DNA of 64,000 nucleotides. Source: Desulfobacterales bacterium (GTDB lineage Bacteria > Desulfobacterota > Desulfobacteria > Desulfobacterales > UBA5616). The notes under the pieces were generated by a model. It had not been told where the DNA came from, ran no database searches, and saw only the letters and a list, made by a program, of their open reading frames with translations. Position numbers and translations under genes: made by a program. The stretch spans positions 32,001-96,000 of the forward strand of contig JAWODC010000009.1 in the NCBI GenBank assembly GCA_046483495.1, in the 5' to 3' direction. Each line of letters starts with the position of its first letter. The stretch's first letter is position 1. Positions 9,806-19,827 of the stretch are shown in pieces.

Positions 9806-10555
9806 ATGGTCGGCAAAGAAGACATACTATTCGGCATTCATCCGGTGTCCGAAGTTCTCCGGGCGGGCAGACGGATGGTCTACGAAATATATGTCGCATC
9901 CGAGAAAGCGTCGAAGCGGATCGATCGCATGACTGCATCCGCCGCAGAAATGAAAAAGCCGGTGACGCGGGTGAGTACGGGCAAACTGACGGCGCTGACC
10001 GGCACTCCGGGCCACCAGGGTGCAGCGGCGCGAGTAGGAGCTTATCCCTATGCGGATCTCGATGCCGTGATCGAGTCCGATGCAAGAACTGTCCCACTGG
10101 TGCTTTTGCTGGATCATATTATGGATCCCCAAAACCTGGGTGCGATCATCCGGACGGCGCTCTGCGCCGGCGTCAACGGCATCATCATCCCCAAGGACCG
10201 GTCCGCCGGCGCCACGCCGGCCGTCAGCAAGGCCTCGGCAGGGGCCCTGGAGCATATCCGGCTGTGCCGAATGGTCAACATGGTAAACACCATGAAAACT
10301 CTGAAGGCGGCGGGTTTTTGGATGATGGGGTTGGACCGGGAAGGAAAGGATCAGATATACGCCGTCGGACTGACCGGCCGGACCGGAATCGTCATCGGCG
10401 GTGAAGACACGGGAATCCGCCCGTTGGTGAAGAAACACTGCGACGTGCTGATGGCGATTCCTCAGCAGACGGCATTCAATTCCTTGAATGCCTCCGCCGC
10501 GGCCGCCGTTGTCCTTTATGAGGCTTATCGGCAGCGTATCACTCATAACCCCTAA
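9806..10555 (+). CDS. rlmB: 23S rRNA Gm2251 methyltransferase (SPOUT)
   Basis: FGIHPV, HQG, DPQNLGAIIRTA, KASAGA, GGEDTG, SLNAS. Confidence 0.93.
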   Translation: MVGKEDILFGIHPVSEVLRAGRRMVYEIYVASEKASKRIDRMTASAAEMKKPVTRVSTGKLTALTGTPGHQGAAARVGAYPYADLDAVIESDARTVPLVLLLDHIMDPQNLGAIIRTALCAGVNGIIIPKDRSAGATPAVSKASAGALEHIRLCRMVNMVNTMKTLKAAGFWMMGLDREGKDQIYAVGLTGRTGIVIGGEDTGIRPLVKKHCDVLMAIPQQTAFNSLNASAAAAVVLYEAYRQRITHNP

Positions 10556-10581
10556 CCCCTAACTCATAACCTTTTACTAAT

Positions 10582-11805
10582 ATGAAAATAACAATCTCAA
10601 ACGACCAAAAATTGCACGTCCCGGATCATCCGATGATCCCCTACATCGAGGGCGACGGAACCGGACCGGACATATGGCGTGCCGCGAAAAAGGTGATCGA
10701 TGCCGCGGTTGACGCGGCGTTCGGCGGCACCAGGGCCATTGATTGGCTGGAGGTCTATGCCGGGGAAAAAGCGTTTGCAAAGACGGGCGAATGGCTGCCC
10801 CGAAAAAGCCTGGATACCATGCACGAATACGTCGTGTCCATCAAGGGGCCGCTGACCACGCCCGTGGGGCAGGGCATCAGGAGCTTGAACGTGGCCATAC
10901 GGCAGGCGCTGGACCTCTATGCCTGCGTGCGTCCCGTCGCCTACATCGATGCCGTTCCATCCCCGATGAAGCATCCCGAAACGGTGAACATGGTGATTTT
11001 CCGTGAAAACACAGAGGATGTATATGCCGGCATCGAATATGAAAGCGGCAGCCCGGAAGCGGCTTCCGTAATTTCATTCTTGAGGGACCAGATGGGCGCG
11101 GATCTGCCCAATGACGCGGGCATCGGCATCAAGCCCATCAGCGAGAAAAATACAAAGCGCTTGGCGGCAAAGGCGATTGCCTACGCGATCGAGCACCGGC
11201 TGCCCTCGGTTACGCTGATGCACAAGGGAAACATCATGAAATTCACCGAAGGGGCGTTTGCCCGGTGGGGGTATGATGTGGCGCGTGAAAAATTTTCCGA
11301 TCGGACCATTTTCGAATCGGAACTCGGAGCCGGACCCGTTCCGGAAGGCAAGGTCGTCATCAAGGACCGCATTGCCGACATGCTGTTCCAGCAGGTTTTG
11401 TTGAGGCCCGAGGAATACCACGTCATTGCCACCCCGAACCTGAACGGGGATTACCTTTCCGATGCACTCGCCGCACAAGTGGGGGGATTGGGTATGGCAC
11501 CCGGAGGCAATATCGGAGACGGCACGGCCGTATTCGAGGCCACCCATGGGACGGCCCCCAAATACGCGGGCCTGGACAAGGTCAATCCGGGGTCGCTGAT
11601 TTTGTCCGGGGCCATGATGCTGGATTATATCGGCTGGCCGGAGGCCTCCGCCCGCATTCGGCAGGCCCTTCGGGACACCATTCGGGCGGGCAGGGTTACC
11701 TATGACCTCGCCCGGCAGATGCAGGGGGCTGAAACCTTGAAGTGCTCTGAATTCGCCGAATCGATCGTGGACGGGATTACCTCTCTTTCAGATGATGGGC
11801 ATTAA
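10582..11805 (+). CDS. icd: NADP-dependent isocitrate dehydrogenase
   Basis: [59 protein letters not shown]. Confidence 0.97.
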   Translation: MKITISNDQKLHVPDHPMIPYIEGDGTGPDIWRAAKKVIDAAVDAAFGGTRAIDWLEVYAGEKAFAKTGEWLPRKSLDTMHEYVVSIKGPLTTPVGQGIRSLNVAIRQALDLYACVRPVAYIDAVPSPMKHPETVNMVIFRENTEDVYAGIEYESGSPEAASVISFLRDQMGADLPNDAGIGIKPISEKNTKRLAAKAIAYAIEHRLPSVTLMHKGNIMKFTEGAFARWGYDVAREKFSDRTIFESELGAGPVPEGKVVIKDRIADMLFQQVLLRPEEYHVIATPNLNGDYLSDALAAQVGGLGMAPGGNIGDGTAVFEATHGTAPKYAGLDKVNPGSLILSGAMMLDYIGWPEASARIRQALRDTIRAGRVTYDLARQMQGAETLKCSEFAESIVDGITSLSDDGH

Positions 11806-12634
11806 AACGTTTGCCGCATTATCTGCACAAGCGGCGGTGGAGGCGCTTTTTCCTTTAAAGTGCCTGGTTTGCGGATCGTTGTACCATCGGGATGCCGGCA
11901 GCGCGCATGCCGCGGCGGAATCTGCAAAAACGGATGAAACGGTGCGTCGAAAAGCCCTTTTTTGCCAGCTGATGGCTCCTTATGTCTGTCCGGCCTGCAT
12001 GCTGGATTTTACGCCGATATCGGCTCCCCTGTGCCCGAAATGCGGAGTGATGTTCGAGACGCGCTCCGGGGAAAATCATCTTTGCGGCGAGTGCTTGAAA
12101 ACCGAGCGGGTATACGGAATTGCACGTTCCCTCGGCGAATATGAATCCGTTTTAATGGCGGCGATCCACTGCCTGAAATACAGGGCGAAAGCACGCCTTG
12201 CCGGTCCGCTGGGCAAGCTGCTGTTTATGGTTTTGGTGACCTGTTGGGACGTGGGTGACATCGACGTGGTTGTTCCGGTTCCGCTTCATGCCCGAAAAAT
12301 GAGGAAGCGCGGATTCAATCAATCGGCCCTGCTGGTGAGGAATTGGCCTGAATGGGCCGCCGGCCTGGCCGGATGCCGTACGTTGTCGGTCGACACCCGA
12401 TCGGTGATCCGGCAGCGGCAGACGATATCGCAGACAGGACTGTCAAAAAGAGATCGCATGGAAAACGTCAAGCACGCCTTTTATGTCAATACGCCCGCCG
12501 GCGTTGGGGACAAACGGGTATTGCTGGTTGACGACGTGTACACCACCGGTGCGACCGTCAGCGAGTGCGCCAAGGTGCTGAAAAAAGCCGGGGCCGTGAA
12601 TGTGGATGTGTTGACTTTGGCGAGAACGGGGTGA
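11792..12634 (+). CDS. comF: ComF family protein (double zinc ribbon + PRTase-like domain)
   Basis: Four CxxC pairs, [23 protein letters not shown]. Confidence 0.92.
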   Translation: MMGIKTFAALSAQAAVEALFPLKCLVCGSLYHRDAGSAHAAAESAKTDETVRRKALFCQLMAPYVCPACMLDFTPISAPLCPKCGVMFETRSGENHLCGECLKTERVYGIARSLGEYESVLMAAIHCLKYRAKARLAGPLGKLLFMVLVTCWDVGDIDVVVPVPLHARKMRKRGFNQSALLVRNWPEWAAGLAGCRTLSVDTRSVIRQRQTISQTGLSKRDRMENVKHAFYVNTPAGVGDKRVLLVDDVYTTGATVSECAKVLKKAGAVNVDVLTLARTG

Positions 12635-13437
12635 AAAAAACGGCAACCATGATGATTCGATATTCAGACACCGGCGTTCCCTATTACCAATTTTCTCATT
12701 TCAGCCAAATCGATTTTCTCCGCCACGGCATTTTCACCCGCCACGGCGGGGTCAGCCCCGTCCCGTTCGACAGTCTCAACATCGCCCGAAGCGTCGGCGA
12801 TAAACCTGACCATGTCAACCGAAATCGGCGCATCATTTCTGACGCCATGGGCGTTTCGGAAATGACGTTCATTCACCAGGTTCACGGAACGGATGTGCGG
12901 GTGCTTGCCCACGAGGGATTCGCCGGATCGGGTTTGCAAGCCGGTACGACAACGGGCGATGCCATGGTCACGGATACACCCGGCAAAAACCTGGTGATTC
13001 AGGTGGCCGACTGCCAGGCGGTAATGATGGTGGACCCGGTTTTGCGGGTGATTGCCAACGTCCATGCCGGCTGGCGGGGCGTTGTTCTCGATATCATCGG
13101 GAAAACCGTTGCCGTGATGAAAGATCGCTTCGGGTGCCGGCCCGATCGAATGCTGGCCGGAACAGGCCCTTCACTGGGGCCTTGCTGCGCGGAGTTCATC
13201 CATTATCGACGGGAGATTCCAAAAACGTTTTGGCGCTACATGAATCATGAGGTATACGTCGATTTATGGGCGATCAGCCGCGACCAGATCATCAGCGCCG
13301 GGGTGCCGGAAGATAACATCGAATCGAGCGGCATATGCACCCGGTGCAGGTCGGATGATTTTTTTTCGTACCGCAAGCATAAGACCACCGGTAGGTTTGC
13401 GGCTGTTATCGGGATAGGGGATGATGGTAATGGGTGA
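12631..13437 (+). CDS. pgeF: Peptidoglycan editing factor PgeF / YfiH
   Basis: FTRHGGVS, QVHG, ADC, HAGWRG, FFSYR. The GTG start overlaps the comF stop; an alternative ATG lies at 12649. Confidence 0.92.
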   Translation: MKKTATMMIRYSDTGVPYYQFSHFSQIDFLRHGIFTRHGGVSPVPFDSLNIARSVGDKPDHVNRNRRIISDAMGVSEMTFIHQVHGTDVRVLAHEGFAGSGLQAGTTTGDAMVTDTPGKNLVIQVADCQAVMMVDPVLRVIANVHAGWRGVVLDIIGKTVAVMKDRFGCRPDRMLAGTGPSLGPCCAEFIHYRREIPKTFWRYMNHEVYVDLWAISRDQIISAGVPEDNIESSGICTRCRSDDFFSYRKHKTTGRFAAVIGIGDDGNG

Positions 13438-13542
13438 GGGGTGATGGATCAGGGTTGATGGGCGAATCGTGAATCGTGCAAGGGGGCGTTTGGATCGCGG
13501 CCCTTAGCTTTAAGCTGAAGGCTCAGAGCTCCAATTCAAAGA

Positions 13543-13966
13543 GGATCGGGTCTTAATCCCCCCCATCCCGGCCTTCCCCCTCCAGTGGGGAAGGGGCCAT
13601 GTAGCGACAGATGACCATTTATCCAATGTACGTTTTTTTATCAGTCCGTTCAGGCGACTGCTTCGCGCCGCTTGTAAATAAGAAGGTGGTTTGTTTAAAC
13701 GATAAATTCACAGGAGGTGATTTATTGTTGTTTAAAAAAACATATTTCAAGATGCTCTGATGAAAAAAACAAATTGAATAGAAAAACACCTTTCACAACC
13801 TTGAGAGATATGACCATGACCAAAAAACAAACCGTGAGCAAAGCGAACGGCACTTTTATTTACTTATTGAAAAATAAGGCATTACGATCAGTGGACTTGC
13901 GGTGCAACATGTCCCCTTCACCCCTGGAGGGGGAAGGCCGGGATGGGGGGGATAAAGATCCGATCC
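13543..13966. mobile_element. MITE-like element with 60 bp terminal inverted repeats, bracketed by heptamer arrays (about 13421-14012)
   Basis: The reverse complement of 13543-13602 matches 13907-13966 at 55/60 by manual alignment. The interior is AT-rich with no credible gene. Confidence 0.7.
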
Positions 13967-14029
13967 ACACCCATAACCCATAACCCATAGCCCTAAGTCC
14001 ATAACCCATCACCTTTTTAAGGAAACCAA

Positions 14030-14827
14030 ATGGAATTCCAAAAACTCCGGATCATAAGCACAACCCGCATCGGCAGCCAATATGTCAAACTGACGCTGGC
14101 GTGCGGTGCAGCTTACGCGGAGGCCGCACCCGGCCGGTTTGTAATGGTGAGGATACCGGGGAATATCGATCCCCTGTTGAGTCGGCCGTTTTCCATACAT
14201 GATATCCATGTCTCCGAATCAGGACCGTGCGCGTTGGACATACTTTTTAAAATTATCGGAAAAGGCACTGAAAAACTCGCACGGCTGAAGACAGGTGACC
14301 GCTTGGAGGTGTTGGGACCGCTGGGAAAAGGATTTACGATACCGGATTCCGCTTCAACCGTTTATGCCGCCGCCGGAGGCATCGGCATAGCCCCGATACC
14401 ATTTTTGGTGAAGCACCTGTCAACATCCGGAATTTCTAAAAACGGTATTGTAGTATTTGCCGGTGCAGGAACAAAAGAGGATATCCTGTGCCTCGAGACG
14501 CTGTCCCAAATGGCATCTCATGTCCACGTGACGACGGATGACGGCAGTTTTGGAGAAAAGGGGCTGGTGACCGGCAGACTCGAAAAGGCTGTGAAAACCC
14601 AACCTCCGGATATGGTTTATGCCTGCGGCCCTTTGGACATGCTGAAAACCGTGGCACGGATCGCATCGAAATACCGGGTAAACGGTCAGATTTCCCTGGA
14701 GGCCATGATGGCCTGCGGTCTAGGGGCGTGCCTGGGCTGTGCCGTAAAAAACAGCAAACATCCGGATAGCTATGCCCGCGTCTGCGTGGACGGGCCGGTT
14801 TTCGATTTGAGCGATTTTGGGTTCTGA
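14030..14827 (+). CDS. pyrK: Dihydroorotate dehydrogenase B electron-transfer subunit
   Basis: RPFSI, GPLGKGF, GGIGIAP, YACGP, MACGLGACLGC..VCVDGPVF 2Fe-2S motif. Confidence 0.93.
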   Translation: MEFQKLRIISTTRIGSQYVKLTLACGAAYAEAAPGRFVMVRIPGNIDPLLSRPFSIHDIHVSESGPCALDILFKIIGKGTEKLARLKTGDRLEVLGPLGKGFTIPDSASTVYAAAGGIGIAPIPFLVKHLSTSGISKNGIVVFAGAGTKEDILCLETLSQMASHVHVTTDDGSFGEKGLVTGRLEKAVKTQPPDMVYACGPLDMLKTVARIASKYRVNGQISLEAMMACGLGACLGCAVKNSKHPDSYARVCVDGPVFDLSDFGF

Positions 14828-14828
14828 G

Positions 14829-14943
14829 GTTCGTTAGTATCGTTTAGATCGTTCAGATCGTTGAGATCGTTTTGAACGCTCCTAAAGCTCCTAACCATCC
14901 TAACGATCCTAACGATCCAAACGATCTCAACAATCCAAACGAA
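14829..14943. repeat. Inverted 9-mer tandem array, second copy
   Basis: (AGATCGTTN)n-type units followed by (NAACGATCC)n-type units, as at 238-345. Confidence 0.88.
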
Positions 14944-14949
14944 TATCGA

Positions 14950-14978
14950 TTGACTCGCCAAAATTCCTGTGTTAGGGT
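14950..14978 (+). promoter_or_regulatory. Candidate sigma70 promoter of the atp Fo operon
   Basis: TTGACT-17 bp-TAGGGT, with TG just upstream of the -10 element. Confidence 0.45.
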
Positions 14979-15063
14979 CCTTCCTTCTTTGTGACCGGCG
15001 ATGTGTCCGGCGCGTATGGAAAAAGAACAGGACACGCTGTTTTCGTTCGCGGAGTTCTTTGCC

Positions 15064-15291
15064 ATGAAAGCTTCCAAGCGGGAAAGCCGCCGTTGGATCA
15101 GGGAATTGACATACTACAGCACGGTGGGCTTGTCGTTGGCCCTTTCCATATTCATCGGTCTGGGCATCGGCATTTATATGGATCGAAGATTCGATACAAC
15201 GCCCTGGTTCACACTGATCGGCCTCGGGCTTGGCATCATTGCCGGATTCCGCAACATCGCCATGGCAATAAAAAAGATACGGAAATTTTAA
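15064..15291 (+). CDS. AtpZ/AtpI family small membrane protein
   Basis: IGLGIGIYMDRRFDTTPWFTLIGLGLGIIAGF pattern; first gene of the Fo operon. Confidence 0.88.
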   Translation: MKASKRESRRWIRELTYYSTVGLSLALSIFIGLGIGIYMDRRFDTTPWFTLIGLGLGIIAGFRNIAMAIKKIRKF

Positions 15292-15295
15292 GACG

Positions 15296-15682
15296 GTGGA
15301 AATTCAACAACGTTTGCTGATATTCGTGACCCGCGCCAATTGGGTGCTGCTCATGGTGACCAGCACCGCGGCAGGGCTGATTGCGTCGCCCAAATTCGCC
15401 ATGGGCACGCTTTTCGGCGGGTTGATCGTTACCATCAATTTTCACCTGCTCTACCGAACCTTGAAAAAAGCGTTTGCACCGCCGCGTTTATCTTCGCATA
15501 ACGTAGTGCTGGCAAAGTATTATGCGCGGTTCACCCTAAGCGGCGTTATTATATTTTTGTTGATATCGAATCAGATTGTCAGTCCCGTCGGACTTTTCGT
15601 GGGGCTTTCGGTTGTGGTGGCAAGCATCACGTTGGCGGCGATTGTCGAGCTTACAAAATTAATATTCAAGGAGGCAGTGTAA
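15296..15682 (+). CDS. atpI: ATP synthase protein I
   Basis: 128 aa with about 4 hydrophobic helices, immediately upstream of atpB. Confidence 0.82.
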   Translation: MEIQQRLLIFVTRANWVLLMVTSTAAGLIASPKFAMGTLFGGLIVTINFHLLYRTLKKAFAPPRLSSHNVVLAKYYARFTLSGVIIFLLISNQIVSPVGLFVGLSVVVASITLAAIVELTKLIFKEAV

Positions 15683-15684
15683 GG

Positions 15685-16374
15685 ATGGAGCATCCGTATC
15701 TATTTTTTACGAAACTGTTCGAGATTATCGGCCTGGGGCATTTTGCCCATGCATATCCCCACGTCATTTACTCCTGGGTGGTCATGGCCCTGTTAATCGG
15801 TCTTGGAGTTGTCGCGACCAAAAGCATTCAGATGATTCCCGGAAAAGCGCAGAACGTTTTTGAAATCATTGTCAAGGGCATCGAAGATTTCATGATCGAC
15901 AACACCGGAGAGGAAGGCCGGTGGTTTTTCCCGATCGTCGCCACCATCTTTATCTATATTTTTACCAGCAATCTCATCGGGCTGGTCCCGGGTTTTTTCC
16001 CGCCGACCGCCAGCATCAATACGCCGCTTTCCTGTGCCCTGGTGGTGTTCGTGCTGACCCATTACATCGGCGTCAAATACCACGGCGTAAAATACATCAA
16101 ACACTTTCTGGGTCCGGTCTGGTGGATGATTCCCATCATTTTACCCATTGAAATTATCGGTCACCTTGCCCGGGTCCTGTCGCTGACGTTCCGGCTTTTC
16201 GGAAACATGATGGGCCACGAACTGGTATTAGCGATTCTTTTCGCGCTGGCCGGTGCGTTTTTGGCGCCGTTGCCTATTATGGCACTGGGCATTTTCATTG
16301 CCCTGGTCCAGGCGTTTGTGTTCTTTTTGCTTTCCATCATGTACTTCAGCGGTTCCATGGAGCATGCGCATTAG
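15685..16374 (+). CDS. atpB: ATP synthase Fo subunit a
   Basis: NLIGLVPG..PPTA, RVLSLTFRLFGNM, VQAFVF. Confidence 0.97.
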   Translation: MEHPYLFFTKLFEIIGLGHFAHAYPHVIYSWVVMALLIGLGVVATKSIQMIPGKAQNVFEIIVKGIEDFMIDNTGEEGRWFFPIVATIFIYIFTSNLIGLVPGFFPPTASINTPLSCALVVFVLTHYIGVKYHGVKYIKHFLGPVWWMIPIILPIEIIGHLARVLSLTFRLFGNMMGHELVLAILFALAGAFLAPLPIMALGIFIALVQAFVFFLLSIMYFSGSMEHAH

Positions 16375-16519
16375 AAACCATCGGGTTCGAGCCGACGCCG
16401 TGAAACGGGTGGGAATGGTAATTCCCGAAACATCGGAAGCCGGTTCGCCCGCACATTAATTTGTTGTCGGTAATGGAAGAAGCCGAATATTAATCTATTT
16501 AAAAGGAGGAATTTTCAGC

Positions 16520-16792
16520 ATGGAAGCACTACAATTTTTTATTGCCAGTGTAACGGCGGCAGGTTTCGGAATCGCCATCGCGGCATTTGGTTGCGGTATC
16601 GGCCAGGGTATAGGATTGAAGTCCGCTGTTGAAGGCATTGCCAGAAACCCGGAGTCCTCAGCCAAGGTGACGGTTACCATGCTCATCGGTCTTGCTATGA
16701 TCGAATCATTGTGTATTTATGCGCTGGTTGTTTCGTTGATTCTTATCTATGCGCATCCCCAGGCAGCCGCAATTGCAGGTCTGCTGGGGTAA
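16520..16792 (+). CDS. atpE: ATP synthase Fo subunit c
   Basis: GCGIGQG, ARNPE loop, MIESLCIY; strong AGGAGG SD. Confidence 0.97.
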   Translation: MEALQFFIASVTAAGFGIAIAAFGCGIGQGIGLKSAVEGIARNPESSAKVTVTMLIGLAMIESLCIYALVVSLILIYAHPQAAAIAGLLG

Positions 16793-16823
16793 GATTGTCT
16801 CAACGGCCGCCTTTAAGTAACGA

Positions 16824-16866
16824 TAAGGCCGAACCGCCGATGTCGGGCGGTTCGGCCTTATTCTTT
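16824..16866 (+). terminator. Intrinsic terminator after atpE
   Basis: TAAGGCCGAACCGCC / GGCGGTTCGGCCTTA 15 bp stem followed by TTCTTT. Confidence 0.85.
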
Positions 16867-16936
16867 GGTTCATCAGGGTCATTGATATTCCTGACCAAGA
16901 CCCAATTTGCTCCAAACCCCTGCTGATTGAAGAAAC

Positions 16937-16987
16937 CGCGAAGAACACGAAGATTTAAGTTTTCTTCGTGCTCTTCGTGTTCGTGGT
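16937..16987. repeat. Short palindromic element CGCGAAGAACACGAAG..CTTCGTGCTCTTCGTG
   Basis: Imperfect hairpin of doubled CACGAAG units just past the uvrA stop; may act as a terminator. Confidence 0.6.
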
Positions 16988-16998
16988 GAACTTCAACG

Positions 16999-19827
16999 CT
17001 ATCGCGACAAGACTTTTTTCAGGAATTGACCGGTATAGGAACTCGGGTGACGGCTGATTTCTTCAGGCGTTCCGGTGCAGACGACATACCCCCCGCGGTC
17101 GCCGCCTTCCGGGCCCAGGTCGATGACATGGTCTGCGAATTTTATCACATCCAGGTTGTGTTCGATGACGATGACCGTATTCCCCGCATCAACGAAACGT
17201 GATAGAACATCGAGCAGCTTTTTGATGTCGTCGATGTGCAGCCCGGTGGTGGGCTCATCCAAGATGTATACGGTTTGGCCGGTTCCTTTTTTGCTCAATT
17301 CCCTGGCGAGTTTCACCCGTTGGGCTTCCCCCCCGGAAAGGGTGGTGGCGGGTTGCCCGAGGTGAATGTATCCCAATCCTACATCGATCAGTGTCTGCAG
17401 TTTTGTCCGGATATTGCCAAGGTTCTCGAAAAAGCGTGAGGCCTGGTTCACGGTCATGTCCAGCACGTCGGCAATGGTTTTGCCCTTATATTTTACTTCG
17501 AGCGACTCCCTGTTGTACCGTTTGCCTCGGCATACATCGCATGTCACATAAATGTCCGGCAGAAAGTGCATCTCTATTTTTATGACGCCGTCTCCTCCGC
17601 AGGCTTCACAACGGCCGCCCTTGACATTGAAGCTGAATCGTCCGGCCTTGTATCCACGCCTTCGGGCTTCGGGGGTTTTTGAAAAGAGTTCTCGTATAAA
17701 TGTAAATACGCCGGTATACGTTCCCGGATTGGAACGCGGGGTTCTGCCGATGGGGGATTGGTCAATATTGACAATGTGGTTGACATGTTCATAACCCAAA
17801 ATGTCCTGATGCGAACCTGACCGTATGCCCGCACCGTAGATTTTCTGCCGAAGGGCGTTATAAAGCGTTTCGATGACCAGACTGGATTTGCCCGAACCGG
17901 ATACACCCGTAATACATGTAAAACAGCCCAATGGAAATCCCACATCGATATGCTTCAGGTTATTCTGGGAGGCCTGAATGATCCTTAGTTCGCCGCGATT
18001 TTTCCGCCGCCGGCGTTCCGGAGTCCGGATGTATTTCCGGCCGGAAAGATACTGCCCGGTGAGCGAATCTTCCTCGTGGAGCAGGGCCTTCGGTGTGCCT
18101 GCAAAAACAATATGACCGCCGTTTATGCCGGCGCCGGGTCCCATATCAATGACATAATCCGAGGACAATATGGTGTCTTCATCATGTTCGACAACAAGGA
18201 CCGTGTTGTCCAGATCCCGCATTTTTTTGAGCGTTGCAAGAAGACGTTCATTATCCCGCTGGTGAAGGCCGATGCTGGGTTCGTCCAACACGTAGAGAAC
18301 CCCGGTAAGTTTTGAACCGATTTGGGTTGCCAGTCGAATTCGCTGGCTTTCCCCCCCGGAAAGGGTGTACGCGGGTCGGTCCATCGTGAGATACGACAAG
18401 CCGACGTTATGCAGAAAGCCGAATCGCTCGCGAACTTCCTTGAGAATGGGTGCGGCGATCTGCTGCTGCTTACCGGATAAAAGGGGCGCGGCAAAAAAAT
18501 CGATGCATTTTTCAATCGTCATGGCGGTGATTTCGGCGATCGTTTTGCCGCTGACGCGTACATGGCGGGCGGCACGGTTTAACCTGGCGCCGCCGCATTC
18601 GGGACACGTCCTGAAGTTCATGTAACTTCTGATTTCTTCACGGGCTGAAGGGGATTCCGTTTCGATATATTTGCGCTGGAGCTTGGGAATAATGCCCTCG
18701 AAGCTTTTCTGGTAGGTGAAGCGGCGGTTGTTGCGCTCGAAGGAAAACGTGATGTTTTCATTTCCGGATCCATACAACAGCGCTTTTTTGAATGCATCCG
18801 GCATCTCCTTGTACGGCGTGTGAATGTCGGCGCCGTAATGGGCGGTCAATGATTCGATGAATTCGTAAAAATGAACGGTGCCGCGATTCGACCATGGGGC
18901 TGCGGCCCCTTCCCTTAGCGTGAGATCGGGATTCGGGATGATCAGGTCGGAATCGATTTCCGTGATGGCGCTCATGCCGTCACATTTAGGGCAGGCACCC
19001 TGGGGAGAATTGAAAGAGAAGCTTGCCGGGGTCATTTCCGGATAAGCCGTTTGGCACAGGCTGCAAACGGCCTTTTCAGAAAATACCATGGGATCTTCCG
19101 AGGGCCGATCCGGAAGGTCGACGAGAACGATGCCGTCTGCGAGTGACATGGCCAATTCAAGCGAATCGGCCAAACGGTTTTTAACGGTCGATTTTACCAC
19201 AAGGCGGTCGATTACGATCTGGATTTCATGTGGACGGCTCTTGTTCATTTTTCCGGCATCTTCGATATCCATAATCTCACCGTCAATGCGAACCCGGGCG
19301 AACCCTTCTTTTTTCAACCGGTTCAACACGGCTTTGGAAGTATGATCCTTTTCTGCATTCAGAGGGGAAAGAATAAGAATACGGGTCCCCTCGGAGAGCG
19401 ACATGACCGTGTCTACAATCTGATCGATGGTCTGGGTCGTGATCGGTTTGTCACACACATGACAATAAAGCGTACCGATACGGGCGAACAGCAGTCTGAG
19501 GTAATCATAAATTTCGGTGACTGTTCCGACAGTCGATCTCGGGTTATGGGCGGCGGTCTTTTGTTCGATGGCGATAGCTGGGGAAAGCCCCTCAATGAGA
19601 TCGACGTCCGGCTTTTCCATTCTTTCTAAAAATTGACGCGCATACGTCGAAAGCGATTCGACATATCGACGTTGGCCCTCGGCATAAAGCGTATTAAATG
19701 CCAGTGTCGACTTGCCTGATCCGGATATGCCGGTCACGACAACGAGGCGGTTTTTTGGAATGTCTATGTCGATGTTCTTCAGATTGTGCTGTCTGGCCCC
19801 GCGAATGATAATGGAATTTTCCGACAT
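16999..19827 (-). CDS. uvrA: Excinuclease ABC subunit A
   Basis: GARQHNLKN, two GxSGSGKS Walker A motifs, two LSGGE motifs, zinc fingers; 942 aa. Confidence 0.98.
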   Translation of the reverse strand: MSENSIIIRGARQHNLKNIDIDIPKNRLVVVTGISGSGKSTLAFNTLYAEGQRRYVESLSTYARQFLERMEKPDVDLIEGLSPAIAIEQKTAAHNPRSTVGTVTEIYDYLRLLFARIGTLYCHVCDKPITTQTIDQIVDTVMSLSEGTRILILSPLNAEKDHTSKAVLNRLKKEGFARVRIDGEIMDIEDAGKMNKSRPHEIQIVIDRLVVKSTVKNRLADSLELAMSLADGIVLVDLPDRPSEDPMVFSEKAVCSLCQTAYPEMTPASFSFNSPQGACPKCDGMSAITEIDSDLIIPNPDLTLREGAAAPWSNRGTVHFYEFIESLTAHYGADIHTPYKEMPDAFKKALLYGSGNENITFSFERNNRRFTYQKSFEGIIPKLQRKYIETESPSAREEIRSYMNFRTCPECGGARLNRAARHVRVSGKTIAEITAMTIEKCIDFFAAPLLSGKQQQIAAPILKEVRERFGFLHNVGLSYLTMDRPAYTLSGGESQRIRLATQIGSKLTGVLYVLDEPSIGLHQRDNERLLATLKKMRDLDNTVLVVEHDEDTILSSDYVIDMGPGAGINGGHIVFAGTPKALLHEEDSLTGQYLSGRKYIRTPERRRRKNRGELRIIQASQNNLKHIDVGFPLGCFTCITGVSGSGKSSLVIETLYNALRQKIYGAGIRSGSHQDILGYEHVNHIVNIDQSPIGRTPRSNPGTYTGVFTFIRELFSKTPEARRRGYKAGRFSFNVKGGRCEACGGDGVIKIEMHFLPDIYVTCDVCRGKRYNRESLEVKYKGKTIADVLDMTVNQASRFFENLGNIRTKLQTLIDVGLGYIHLGQPATTLSGGEAQRVKLARELSKKGTGQTVYILDEPTTGLHIDDIKKLLDVLSRFVDAGNTVIVIEHNLDVIKFADHVIDLGPEGGDRGGYVVCTGTPEEISRHPSSYTGQFLKKVLSR

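Noticed and set aside
8640..10097. 485 aa minus-strand ORF
   Set aside because: It is an antisense shadow of remA-gmk-rlmB with no recognisable motifs.
13717..13983. 88 aa ORF inside the MITE-like element
   Set aside because: It runs through the TIR and heptamer array, has no family motif, and the sister copy at 7580-7750 has an in-frame stop.
238..14943. CRISPR array
   Set aside because: The repeats are 6-9 bp tandem units without unique spacers, and there are no cas genes.
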